NCBI GenBank assembly: GCA_001695645.1
Contig: LVZN01000023.1
Location: forward strand, 90,001 to 122,000
DNA from: Erysipelotrichaceae bacterium MTC7
GTDB lineage: Bacteria > Bacillota_I > Bacilli_A > Erysipelotrichales > Erysipelotrichaceae
DNA length: 32,000 bases
Reading direction: 5' to 3'
In this document: piece by piece, positions 1-9,753 of the stretch
Layout: the number at the start of each line of letters is the position of its first letter
Numbering within the stretch: the stretch's first letter is position 1
The notes under the pieces: generated by a model
Told to the model about the DNA's origin: nothing
The model's input: the letters and a program-made list of their open reading frames with translations, nothing else
Database searches by the model: none
Made by a program: the position numbers and the translations under genes

Positions 1-1400
1 CACCAACAAGTTTTCCATCTGTCAGTTCTACGCTTAGAGTTCCATCATAAGGACGATTCACTGCTTTTACATCTTGAATCGTGATTTCTTTGATTGAAAT
101 GTTAACTGCAATAGATGTTGGTTGTTTGAATGTATAATTGCTAAGACCATCTCCAGAAAGTTCTATTTTAGTTGTAACTTTTTTGCTCGTTCCTGCATTC
201 GGATTAGCGATACTACCTTCTTTCAAGTCAACTGTAAATGTCTCTGTACCAACCAATCCAGCTAGTGTGCCACCAGTTAGTTCTACAATTGTCGTTCCAT
301 TGTAGGCACGATTAACAGCTTTAACACCTACAATCGTAAGATCCTTTGGTGTAACATTTACTGTAAGATCTGTTGGCTGACGGAATGTATAATTGTCAAG
401 TCCTGCTCCTCTTAATTGGATATTTGTTGTTACGGACTTGTTGTCACCTGCGTTTGGATCAGCAATACTCCCGCTGTTTAATTCAACATCAAATGTTTCT
501 GTACCAACCAATCCAACTAGTGTTCCACCAGTTAGTTCAACACTTGTTGTTCCATCGTAAACGCGATTCGTTGTATTTACACCAACGATGGTTAAATCTT
601 TTGGTGTAATATTAACTGTTACATCAGTCGGTTGCAGCAAGGCGTAGTTATCTTTTGCCTCACCGGTTAATTCAATATTTGTCGTTACACTCTTGTTAGT
701 TCCAGCATTTGCATCAGCAATCTCTCCACTTATTAAGTCGAATGAAAGCTTATCTTTGTCTGCTTTATCAACACCGACAAGTTCTCCACCAGTTAGAGTT
801 ACTTTTGTTTTTCCGTTATACACACGACTCGTTGCTTTTACATTTTGAATCGTGATTTCTTTATTTGTAATGCTGACCGTAATATCTGTAGGTTGCTTAA
901 ACGTATAATTACTAAGACCATTTCCTGTAAGTTGGATGTCAGTTGTAACTTTCTTATTAGCACCTACGTTTGGATCACTAACTGTACCCTTTTTCAAATC
1001 AACTATAAATGTCTCTTTTCCAACCAATCCATCTAGTGTACCACCAATGAGTTTTACATCGGTCGTTCCATCATAGGCACGATCAACAGTCTGCACACCA
1101 ATTATCGATAATTCTTTCGGTGTGACATTCACAGTTAGGTTTGATGGTTGAACAATTGAATAGTTATCTTTTGCCGGTCCGATCAGTTCTACATCTGTAG
1201 TTACCGTTTTATTTTCACCTACGTTTGGATCAAGCGTGCTTCCACGTTTCAAATTAACGCGCACATCTCCTTTATCATACACGGTTACGTTTTCTAATGT
1301 ACCATCCGTTAGTTCAACAGAGTTAGTACCATCATAAACTTTATTTAGAGTTTTCACTCCCGACAGTGTAAGTGGGCGCTTTTTAATTGTGTAGCTATCT
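1..1400 (-). repeat. In-frame tandem coding repeats of about 250-265 nt (~85 aa), with at least 6 copies: the YDG-type adhesin repeats.
   Basis: The block ccacc(a/g)(g/a)t(t/g)ag(t/a)t..ac.....g.t.ccat.(g/a)ta..c.cgat recurs near 14-70, 270-330, 525-585, 789-840, 1040-1098 and 1300-1360. Each copy encodes ...GG(T/E)L...(V/A)YDGT... Confidence 0.75.
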
Positions 1401-3760
1401 ATCACAAGTGGTGTTTGAATCGCCTCATATGCACTACCACCACTTGTTGTGATACTTATTTGATAGTCTCCTGCTGCTTTAGGAGGAGTCAAAGACTTAC
1501 TATATACAGTCGAATCAATACCTTCATAGTAGATGTCGATTGTTCCACCATTTGCAGTAGTAAACCCATTGGCACCTTTTACTGTAAATGTATGGGATGT
1601 TCCATCGTAGACATAATCATCAATATTATGCGTGAAATTTGTTAAGCTTGGTTGCTTCTTCTTCACTGTGACATTTAATGGTACAAAACCACTAGCTTTT
1701 GCATTTTCATAGGCAACACCGTGCTTGTCATCTAAAGTATTCCAAGTGGCTGTATTAGCTGGCAACATGAACAATTCATCATCCGTATTCGCAGTATACT
1801 CTTTGTGCTTTCCATCTACGGTATCCCAAGCAATCAGCTCGCCACCATCCGTAGGATGAAAACTTTCTCTATTGATAATATCTGTAGTTTTATTTCCATA
1901 ACTAAAGACAACACCACCACTGATGACAGGCGTAGATTTACCATTCATGATAATCGCAGGATTTGTCGAGTTGAAATTTTGAATTAACCCTCCTGTAACA
2001 TTCAGTTTGCTGGTATCACCTGATATTTTTATCGCATTTCCAGACACTGCTTGAATCAACGTTTTCTTATCAGTTTCAGATACCGTAACAGTTCCAATCG
2101 CCGCAACTGCGTTATTCCCATTTGGTGCTAACACAGTTCCACCAGTAATATTGATTTTACTTTTATCATCACTACTGTAAATTGTAGAGTACGCGTTATC
2201 GTTAGTAGATTCAATTATCCCACCACGAATATCCGCTTGCCCATAAAAATTCACCTTTAGTGCATAACCACTTGATTTAATATGTCCATCAAGAAGTGTT
2301 ACTTTTTTGGATGATTGCACTGCAGTTGCATTTGTGCCTGCGGCTTCAATAACGGTATTTGCACCATCAATTATCACATTTGCACCCATACCTGTGCTTG
2401 AACCCGCATCGATGGCAACCCTGCTTGCACTTATGGTTCCACCATTAATCAGTATATTCTGATTTCGGTTTATATCTGCGGTTGTTGATATTCCTTTTGT
2501 TCCAGTAACTTGACCACCATTCGTCACAACTTTCCCGTTAGATCCAATCGCTGTACTATCGGATATTACACTTCCTCCATTAATGACAACTGCTGTGTGA
2601 TCATCTGCAACATTTATGGCAAACCCATTATTTGTTGACTCAACAACTCCTCCATTGATTTCTATATTAGTAAAGTTTAGCTTGCCATCATTGGAGTATG
2701 ATTTAATTGCTGATCCATTACTTCCAGTGCTTCTTACAACCCCCCCATTAATGACAATATGCTTCTTATCTGTTGAAGCGATTAAGTCTGTAAATGCACC
2801 AACTGCTACACCGCTCGCGATGTTCGATTCGACAGTCCCTCCTTCATTCACCGTTAAGGAATGTTCATTATCAATAAAGATACCTGGATGCTTAGCGGTT
2901 CCTCCGCTAACAACTCCACCTTTTTCTACAACTACTTCACGTGGCCCTTCTATGGCCGATGCCGATGTACTTGTAACTTTACCTGTATTGCTAACCATAA
3001 CTTTTTCAATCGCATCGATAGCTGGTGCAGGCATTGAAATCATGTTCTCAGCTTGCGCTGGTCCAACGACTTCTCCACCTGTAACATAAACACTGTTCGC
3101 ATTGATTGTTTTTGATGTCTTGGTTGATTTTACTAATCCACCTGTTACTTCTACAATCCCACCATATGCGTAGATTGCTGCAGGAGAAGTCCCTGGTGCT
3201 CCGGTTTGCACAGTACCACCAGATACTAATATTTTACCACCAGATACTTTTTCTAATTTTGAGATAATCGCATAACTAGTCTTAGATTCCACGATACTGG
3301 ATGACTTTACTTCAATCGTTGTTGAATCACTCATATCATACACACAAATGTATGCATTGTATAAAGTTCCGTTGTCTACAACGAACTTTCCATTAGTTGA
3401 ACCACTCGATATTTCTATCAATGATTTATTTTTATCGACACTTTTTTTATACACCGCTTTCCAAATAACCGTTTGACTATTCAATTCTAACTGTAATGCT
3501 GGAAGATTATGAGTTGACAATATATTTTCTCCGGTAACAGTTACTACACCATCTTTTCCAACCTTATTCAATGCAGCATTGATATTATCTTCCATAGTCT
3601 TAACGGTCTGATCTTGCTTGATTTTTACAGTTACACTTGCAACCCTCAAGTCAATCGCGTTTTCACTTTTTGTTAATACAGTTGTCGGCCATGAGCAACA
3701 CATTACCATTGCACATAAAAAGACAACTACTAAATTACGTATTTTTCTTCTAATATTCAT
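1..3760 (-). CDS. Large secreted adhesin-like protein: signal peptide, beta-solenoid-like xNGGxV repeats, an MBG-like segment, then tandem YDG-type repeats. The C-terminus runs off the window (partial).
   Basis: Absent from the ORF track because there is no in-window stop. Reading the minus strand from ATG 3760..3758 (SD in ...agagggagagttagATG) gives MNIRRKIRNLVVVFLCAMVMCCSWPTTVLTKSENA... My manual translation hit no in-frame stop down to position 1. The middle part has recurring motifs such as VVINGGVVRS, IEINGGVVES, VVINGGSVIS and ILINGGTISA. The distal part has repeats of the form ITPKDLTIVGV..NRVYDGTT.VELTGGTL.GLVG.ETF.V.L..G.IADPNAG.NK.VTT.I.L.G....NY....PT.L.VN. All listed plus-strand ORFs in 373..3089 are antisense shadows. 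Confidence 0.8.
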   Translation of the reverse strand, partial: MNIRRKIRNLVVVFLCAMVMCCSWPTTVLTKSENAIDLRVASVTVKIKQDQTVKTMEDNINAALNKVGKDGVVTVTGENILSTHNLPALQLELNSQTVIWKAVYKKSVDKNKSLIEISSGSTNGKFVVDNGTLYNAYICVYDMSDSTTIEVKSSSIVESKTSYAIISKLEKVSGGKILVSGGTVQTGAPGTSPAAIYAYGGIVEVTGGLVKSTKTSKTINANSVYVTGGEVVGPAQAENMISMPAPAIDAIEKVMVSNTGKVTSTSASAIEGPREVVVEKGGVVSGGTAKHPGIFIDNEHSLTVNEGGTVESNIASGVAVGAFTDLIASTDKKHIVINGGVVRSTGSNGSAIKSYSNDGKLNFTNIEINGGVVESTNNGFAINVADDHTAVVINGGSVISDSTAIGSNGKVVTNGGQVTGTKGISTTADINRNQNILINGGTISASRVAIDAGSSTGMGANVIIDGANTVIEAAGTNATAVQSSKKVTLLDGHIKSSGYALKVNFYGQADIRGGIIESTNDNAYSTIYSSDDKSKINITGGTVLAPNGNNAVAAIGTVTVSETDKKTLIQAVSGNAIKISGDTSKLNVTGGLIQNFNSTNPAIIMNGKSTPVISGGVVFSYGNKTTDIINRESFHPTDGGELIAWDTVDGKHKEYTANTDDELFMLPANTATWNTLDDKHGVAYENAKASGFVPLNVTVKKKQPSLTNFTHNIDDYVYDGTSHTFTVKGANGFTTANGGTIDIYYEGIDSTVYSKSLTPPKAAGDYQISITTSGGSAYEAIQTPLVIDSYTIKKRPLTLSGVKTLNKVYDGTNSVELTDGTLENVTVYDKGDVRVNLKRGSTLDPNVGENKTVTTDVELIGPAKDNYSIVQPSNLTVNVTPKELSIIGVQTVDRAYDGTTDVKLIGGTLDGLVGKETFIVDLKKGTVSDPNVGANKKVTTDIQLTGNGLSNYTFKQPTDITVSITNKEITIQNVKATSRVYNGKTKVTLTGGELVGVDKADKDKLSFDLISGEIADANAGTNKSVTTNIELTGEAKDNYALLQPTDVTVNITPKDLTIVGVNTTNRVYDGTTSVELTGGTLVGLVGTETFDVELNSGSIADPNAGDNKSVTTNIQLRGAGLDNYTFRQPTDLTVNVTPKDLTIVGVKAVNRAYNGTTIVELTGGTLAGLVGTETFTVDLKEGSIANPNAGTSKKVTTKIELSGDGLSNYTFKQPTSIAVNISIKEITIQDVKAVNRPYDGTLSVELTDGKLVG

Positions 3761-3911
3761 CTAACTCTCCCTCTAAATTACATAAACACACACCGTTTCA
3801 TATTATATACTTATATTTTATATGTCAATTCGAATGTATTGGACGTATAGATTGATGTCATGAATGGTGCTTTCTATGTATGGAATAGCTAAATTCTTGA
3901 GTCATTCAAGC

Positions 3912-3941
3912 AAAAAAAAGGACAAAGTGTTACCTTCATCC
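3912..3941 (-). terminator. Rho-independent terminator after the CNNM-ridA pair.
   Basis: The minus strand reads ggatgaag-gtaaca-ctttgtcc: an 8-bp stem (2 G-U pairs) followed by T8, about 20 nt after the ridA stop. Confidence 0.55.
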
Positions 3942-3958
3942 TTCCATATTTGTATGTT

Positions 3959-4429
3959 TTAGCAACCGCCGCAACCGCAACCATCGCCACAACTGTCACA
4001 TCCATCATGGTTGTGTTGTTGTTCTGCTTGGCGTTCATATACTAACGTATCGATAACCATACATTCGATTTCTACTGCTGCCCCTTTTGGCAAAGCTGCA
4101 ACTTGGAATGCACTTCTTGCTGGGAAGACATCTGTGAAGTAGTCTCCGTATACATCATTAACGGCACTAAAGTCGTTGATGTCAGCTAATAAAATCGTAG
4201 TTTTTACGATATGGTGCATATCCAAACCAACTTCATTTAATAGTGCACGAATGTTTTCCATCGCTTGTTTGGTTTGAGCGGCAACACCACCTTCTACCAA
4301 TTCATTTGTTTTTGGATCAAGACCCAATTGCCCTGACATATACATGAAATCACCTAACTTAACTGCTGGTGAATATGCGCCTACTGGTGCAGGAGCATTA
4401 CTTGATTCAATCTTTTGTAAAAATTGCAT
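3959..4429 (-). CDS. ridA: RidA/YjgF/TdcF-family reactive-intermediate deaminase with an extra Cys/Gly/His-rich C-terminal tail.
   Basis: Family hallmarks are present: SNAPAPVGAYSPAVK..., ...MSGQLGLDP..., ...ARSAFQVAALPKGAAVEIECMV. The ATG lies 3 nt after the upstream stop, with a GAGGAA SD. The tail is ...YERQAEQQHNHDGCDSCGDGCGCGGC. Confidence 0.9.
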   Translation of the reverse strand: MQFLQKIESSNAPAPVGAYSPAVKLGDFMYMSGQLGLDPKTNELVEGGVAAQTKQAMENIRALLNEVGLDMHHIVKTTILLADINDFSAVNDVYGDYFTDVFPARSAFQVAALPKGAAVEIECMVIDTLVYERQAEQQHNHDGCDSCGDGCGCGGC

Positions 4430-4432
4430 AAC

Positions 4433-5698
4433 TTATTCCTCGCTTTCTATCGGTGTTAACACCGTTAACTCTATTTTTTCGGCTTTGCCTTCTTTCGTTG
4501 CAAGCACTTTGATCTCATAGTTTTCAAAATCGATTTCTTTACCTTTACGCACACGTCCGCCGGCAAGTTCTGCAACCCAACCAGCAATACTTCTAGCGCT
4601 TGTTTTTGGCAACTCATAATCATCTAAATATTCATCAAAGAAATGTGCTAAGTTAACTTTTCCTTCAACTTCAAATGTGTGGTGACCAATTTCAACGACA
4701 TGGTCAGGTAATAAATCGTATTCATCATAGATTTCACCAACAAGTTCTTCTAGGATATCTTCTAAGGTAACAATACCTACAAAGTTATCAATTTTTGCAC
4801 TTTCGGTCACAATGGCCATGTGCACTCGATTTTTTTGAATCGATTCAAGAATTTGTGGCAACTTCTTTCGTTGTGAAATAAACAGTGGTTCACTCATTAA
4901 CTTAGGAATACTAATTTTTTTACGAGCCACCATTGCCTCAAATACATCACGAACCCGCAAGACACCTACCACATTTAAGGTTTTGTGGGAGATGACTGGA
5001 AACCGTGATAATTTGTGTGTCAAAATCATTTCTTTTAATTCATCGGTTTTTGCATTGTCATAAATCCAAATGACATCATCACGAGGAACCATAACATCCT
5101 TAATTGCCGTATCATCAAATTCGATGACACTTTCAATCAATTCTCTTTCTTCTTGAACCAAAACTCCTTCTTGCTCGATTGTCGAGACGATTTCAAGAAG
5201 TTCATCTTCAGTCGCTGTAACTTTCTTTTCTTCATCTTCATCCCAACGCAATTGCGCTTTTACTGCAATAAAACTAATCGGTTTGAAAATCGCAATAAGC
5301 AACGATAACGGTCGTGCAAATCGCATAGCTACTTTCTCTGGATGGCTGCTTGCTATAATCTTTGGCGTAATCTCACCAAAAACAAGTACAACAATTGTCA
5401 TAACAATCGTTGCAAAAGCAACCCCACTGTTACCAAATAAATCCGTAAATAGCATGGTTGCCAAAGATGTCGCCAGTATATTTACAATATTATTACCAAT
5501 AAGGATGGATGTGATTGCAGAAGTATAGTTCTTATGAACTTTATACGCTAACTCTGCTTTCTTATTACCTTCCTTGGCCATATTTTTTAAACGAATAACA
5601 TTTACACTTGAATAAGCAGTTTCACTGCTTGAGAACATTGCGGATAACGCAATTAATGCAACTAAACTAATTAAAATTATGATCTGCTGGGGATCCAA
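4433..5698 (-). CDS. CNNM/HlyC-CorC family membrane protein (DUF21 TM domain, CBS pair, CorC_HlyC); putative Mg2+/Co2+ transport mediator.
   Basis: The N-terminal DUF21 signature is ...LSAMFSSSETAYSSVNVIRLKNMAKEGNKKA, followed by CBS-like segments and a C-terminal CorC-type domain. The start is TTG (5698..5696), preceded by AAAGGAG. Confidence 0.88.
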   Translation of the reverse strand: MDPQQIIILISLVALIALSAMFSSSETAYSSVNVIRLKNMAKEGNKKAELAYKVHKNYTSAITSILIGNNIVNILATSLATMLFTDLFGNSGVAFATIVMTIVVLVFGEITPKIIASSHPEKVAMRFARPLSLLIAIFKPISFIAVKAQLRWDEDEEKKVTATEDELLEIVSTIEQEGVLVQEERELIESVIEFDDTAIKDVMVPRDDVIWIYDNAKTDELKEMILTHKLSRFPVISHKTLNVVGVLRVRDVFEAMVARKKISIPKLMSEPLFISQRKKLPQILESIQKNRVHMAIVTESAKIDNFVGIVTLEDILEELVGEIYDEYDLLPDHVVEIGHHTFEVEGKVNLAHFFDEYLDDYELPKTSARSIAGWVAELAGGRVRKGKEIDFENYEIKVLATKEGKAEKIELTVLTPIESEE

Positions 5699-5907
5699 AA
5701 TATACCACTCCTTTTTTTATTAATTCACAATTTAGTTTATTATAGTACAGTCATTCACAATTCGCAATTCAATAAACCAAACTTTATCTGAATTTTTGCG
5801 AATAAAATGCTTATACTTTCTAAATTTTCCCTATTTTACAAAAAATCAATTGCATTATTATATTCAAGTATTATAATACTTATGGATTACAATTTTGGAG
5901 GAAAGAA

Positions 5908-6285
5908 ATGAAGAAAATTATTGCCATATTGATGGTGTGTGCACTGGGTTTATTTGGATGTTCATCAAGCAACAAATTACCGGAAGGTGTAAGTCAAGCA
6001 TTCTATGATAATGGAAAAGCTGTCGTTGAAGTCATGGACAAGTACTTAGATAAAGATTTAGATGCAAAAAAAGCTGCAGATGAAGTACAAACAATTCTAG
6101 ATAAAGTCTCAAAGGAAGATGTAAAAGACTCCATTGATAATGAAGCAATCGTAAATGTTATTGCAAAAATTCAATCTATTTTAGCTGAGGCAAGTGAAGC
6201 AGACAAAGCTGATGTAGAAACATTGAATACAGATTTGGAAATTGCAACAAATGGATTACGAACAACTATCGGGTTAAACGATTAG
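5908..6285 (+). CDS. Small lipoprotein of unknown function, predicted helical and acidic.
   Basis: SD ggagga lies upstream of the ATG. The signal peptide has a lipobox: MKKIIAILMVCALGLFG-C-SSS. A strong terminator follows. Confidence 0.75.
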   Translation: MKKIIAILMVCALGLFGCSSSNKLPEGVSQAFYDNGKAVVEVMDKYLDKDLDAKKAADEVQTILDKVSKEDVKDSIDNEAIVNVIAKIQSILAEASEADKADVETLNTDLEIATNGLRTTIGLND

Positions 6286-6290
6286 TTGAT

Positions 6291-6316
6291 AGACAAGCAC
6301 AGCTTGTCTTTTTTTA
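6291..6316 (+). terminator. Rho-independent terminator of the lipoprotein gene.
   Basis: Hairpin agacaag-cacag-cttgtct followed by a T7 run. Confidence 0.8.
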
Positions 6317-6376
6317 TTTTATAAGGATAAATGTAAATTGTTACATACGTTTTGTGTAAACTTTTTCACATTTTTA

Positions 6377-6404
6377 TTGACTTCTTTTTTCAGTTTGATA
6401 AAAT
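6377..6404 (+). promoter_or_regulatory. Sigma-A-type promoter for the asnB T-box leader.
   Basis: TTGACT (6377..6382), a 16-nt spacer, then TAAAAT (6399..6404) with an upstream TG (extended -10). Confidence 0.5.
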
Positions 6405-6410
6405 AACCTC

Positions 6411-6667
6411 AACAACAATGATTAGGACGAGTACGTTAACAAACTGTCTTTAGAGAGTCAAGGCTAGTGGAAACTTGATGATAAGCGTTAACAGAAAAAC
6501 ACCTAGGAGTTGCTAATGCGATATGTAGTGTTAGCCGGTCGCTTCACGTTAAAGAAGCTTAATAATGATAGTTATTAAAAGTGATCATACAACGGCGTAT
6601 GGTAACATAGGGTGGTACCGCGGAACACAGTCTTTCGTCCCTTGTGGGAGGAGACTGTTTTTTTGTT
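6411..6667 (+). promoter_or_regulatory. T-box riboswitch (tRNA-Asn, specifier AAC) with an intrinsic terminator, controlling asnB.
   Basis: Stem I elements are GA/AGTA (gattaggacgagta), an AG bay (tagagagtc) and a distal loop (ctagtggaaac). The specifier loop reads GAA-a-AAC(6498..6500)-a directly 5' of helix cctagg. The T-box core is aacatagGGTGGTACCGCGg (6605..6623). The terminator is acagtct..tcc/gga..agactgt plus a T run (6626..6667). Confidence 0.85.
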
Positions 6668-6685
6668 CAATTGGAGGTACAAATC

Positions 6686-8263
6686 ATGTGTGGAATTTTA
6701 TTTAGTAGTGATACAGGCGTATCAAAAGAAACATTTGCCAAAAGCTTTGCCAAAATTGCTTATCGTGGACCGGATATGTCCAAAGTAGAACCGACAAAAC
6801 TTGGAATCTTTGGCTTTCATCGTTTAGCGATCGTTGGTTTAGACAAGCGTGGGATGCAACCCTTTGCAAGTCACGGAATTACGGTGATGTGTAACGGCGA
6901 GTTGTATGGCTATAAAGAAATGAAAAAAGAGTTTACGGATTATGCATTCACAAGTGAAAGTGATTGTGAACTACTCATCCCGTTATATGAAAGGTATGGA
7001 GTGAAACTCTTTGAAAAACTTGATGCGGAATTTGCTTGTGTCTTAGTCGACGAAACTACAAATTCCATTATCGCTGCTCGTGATCCATTTGGGATTCGTG
7101 GCATGTTCTATGGTTACCATAAAGACAGTAAGAAAATCATGTTTGCTAGCGAGGCAAAAGCCCTCGTGGATATGTGTGATAGCATCTATCCATTTCCACC
7201 AGGACACTACTACAAAGATGGTGTGTTCACAAGATATTACGATGTCAGTCAAGCAAGTCGTTACATCGATTTGGATGTGGATAGCATCTGTAAGCAAATT
7301 CGCAAAGATTTGGTTGCAGGTGTACACAAGCGAATGATCGCAGATGCACCCGTTGGTTATTTATTAAGCGGCGGTTTGGATTCATCTTTGGTTTGTAGCA
7401 TTGCTGCCAAGGCAAGTGCTACACCCATCACAACCTTTGCCATCGGTATGGTCGATGATGCCATTGATTTAAAATATGCTAAAGAAGTAGCGAACTTTAT
7501 CGGTAGCGATCACTATGAAGTAATCATCGACAAAGATGATGTCCTTAATGCTTTACCTGAAGTCATTCAAACACTGGAAACTTGGGATATCACAACCATT
7601 CGTGCTTCCGTTGGAATGTATCTACTATGTAAATGGATTAAAGACAACAGTGATGTTAAAGTTTTGTTTACTGGTGAAATCTCAGATGAACTGCTAGGAT
7701 ATAAATATACAGACTTTGCGCCAAATGCGATAGAATTCCAAAAAGAAGCGCAAAAAAGAGTGCGTGAACTCTATATGTATGATGTACTGCGAGCAGACCG
7801 TTGCATTTCAAGTAACTCCCTGGAAGGACGCGTGCCATTTGGCGACTTGCAATTTGCCGATACGATTATGTCCATTGCACCTGAGTTAAAAATGAACCAC
7901 TACGACATGGGTAAATATTTATTACGTAAAGCCTTTGAAGGTGACATGCTTCCTGATAGCATTCTCTATCGAGATAAAGCAGCATTCTCTGATGCGGTTG
8001 GACACTCACTAGTTGATGTGATTAAAGAATATACAGAAACTTTATATACAGATGAAGAAATGGCGTACAAGTGTAAGCAATACACACACTGTGCACCTTA
8101 TACAAAAGAAAGTTTATACTATCGTGAAATTTTTGATCAATATTACAAAGGACACGATACACTGATTAACGATTACTGGCTACCAAACCAACAATGGGAA
8201 GGATGTGCCACAAAAGAACCGAGTGCTAGGGTTCTTTCAAACTATGGAAAAAGCGGTGAATAG
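6686..8263 (+). CDS. asnB: Asparagine synthetase B (glutamine-hydrolysing).
   Basis: The start is reassigned to ATG 6686 (SD ggagg at 6673..6677), giving the MCGI... N-terminus required for the Ntn-type amidotransferase Cys2 nucleophile. The track start at 6644 lies inside the T-box terminator. The PP-loop SGGLDSS is present. Confidence 0.92.
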   Translation: MCGILFSSDTGVSKETFAKSFAKIAYRGPDMSKVEPTKLGIFGFHRLAIVGLDKRGMQPFASHGITVMCNGELYGYKEMKKEFTDYAFTSESDCELLIPLYERYGVKLFEKLDAEFACVLVDETTNSIIAARDPFGIRGMFYGYHKDSKKIMFASEAKALVDMCDSIYPFPPGHYYKDGVFTRYYDVSQASRYIDLDVDSICKQIRKDLVAGVHKRMIADAPVGYLLSGGLDSSLVCSIAAKASATPITTFAIGMVDDAIDLKYAKEVANFIGSDHYEVIIDKDDVLNALPEVIQTLETWDITTIRASVGMYLLCKWIKDNSDVKVLFTGEISDELLGYKYTDFAPNAIEFQKEAQKRVRELYMYDVLRADRCISSNSLEGRVPFGDLQFADTIMSIAPELKMNHYDMGKYLLRKAFEGDMLPDSILYRDKAAFSDAVGHSLVDVIKEYTETLYTDEEMAYKCKQYTHCAPYTKESLYYREIFDQYYKGHDTLINDYWLPNQQWEGCATKEPSARVLSNYGKSGE

Positions 8264-8283
8264 CAACCGTTGTTTCAAGATAA

Positions 8284-9654
<1,371 letters not shown>

Positions 9655-9670
9655 TAAATCAACATATACA

Positions 9671-9699
9671 AAAAAAGCAACTTTCGACAGTTGCTTTTT
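9671..9699. terminator. Bidirectional rho-independent terminator between the convergent gdhA and the surface-protein gene.
   Basis: aaaaaagcaac-tttcgaca-gttgcttttt: a hairpin flanked by an A run and a T run. Confidence 0.75.
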
Positions 9700-9753
9700 C
9701 TATATCTATAAGCTCATTTCTTTCCATCATTCCTACAACTTCACACCCATGCT

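Noticed and set aside
373-3089. Plus-strand ORFs listed by the track (373..609, 845..1036, 1415..1645, 1805..1987, 2616..3089).
   Set aside because: All lie antisense to the long uninterrupted minus-strand adhesin frame. They have odd Cys/Leu/Thr-rich compositions and no SD sites, so they are shadow ORFs.
6644-6685. N-terminal extensions in the ORF track (asnB 6644; azlC 19249; 604-aa gene 11709; licA-like 22167; GntR 24529; vanZ 27017; 246-aa gene 28640; EIIA 19897; infC 21996).
   Set aside because: Each extension runs through a terminator, T-box or promoter, or lacks an SD. In each case an internal start has a good SD and yields the expected N-terminus (a signal peptide, the MCGI catalytic Cys, and so on).
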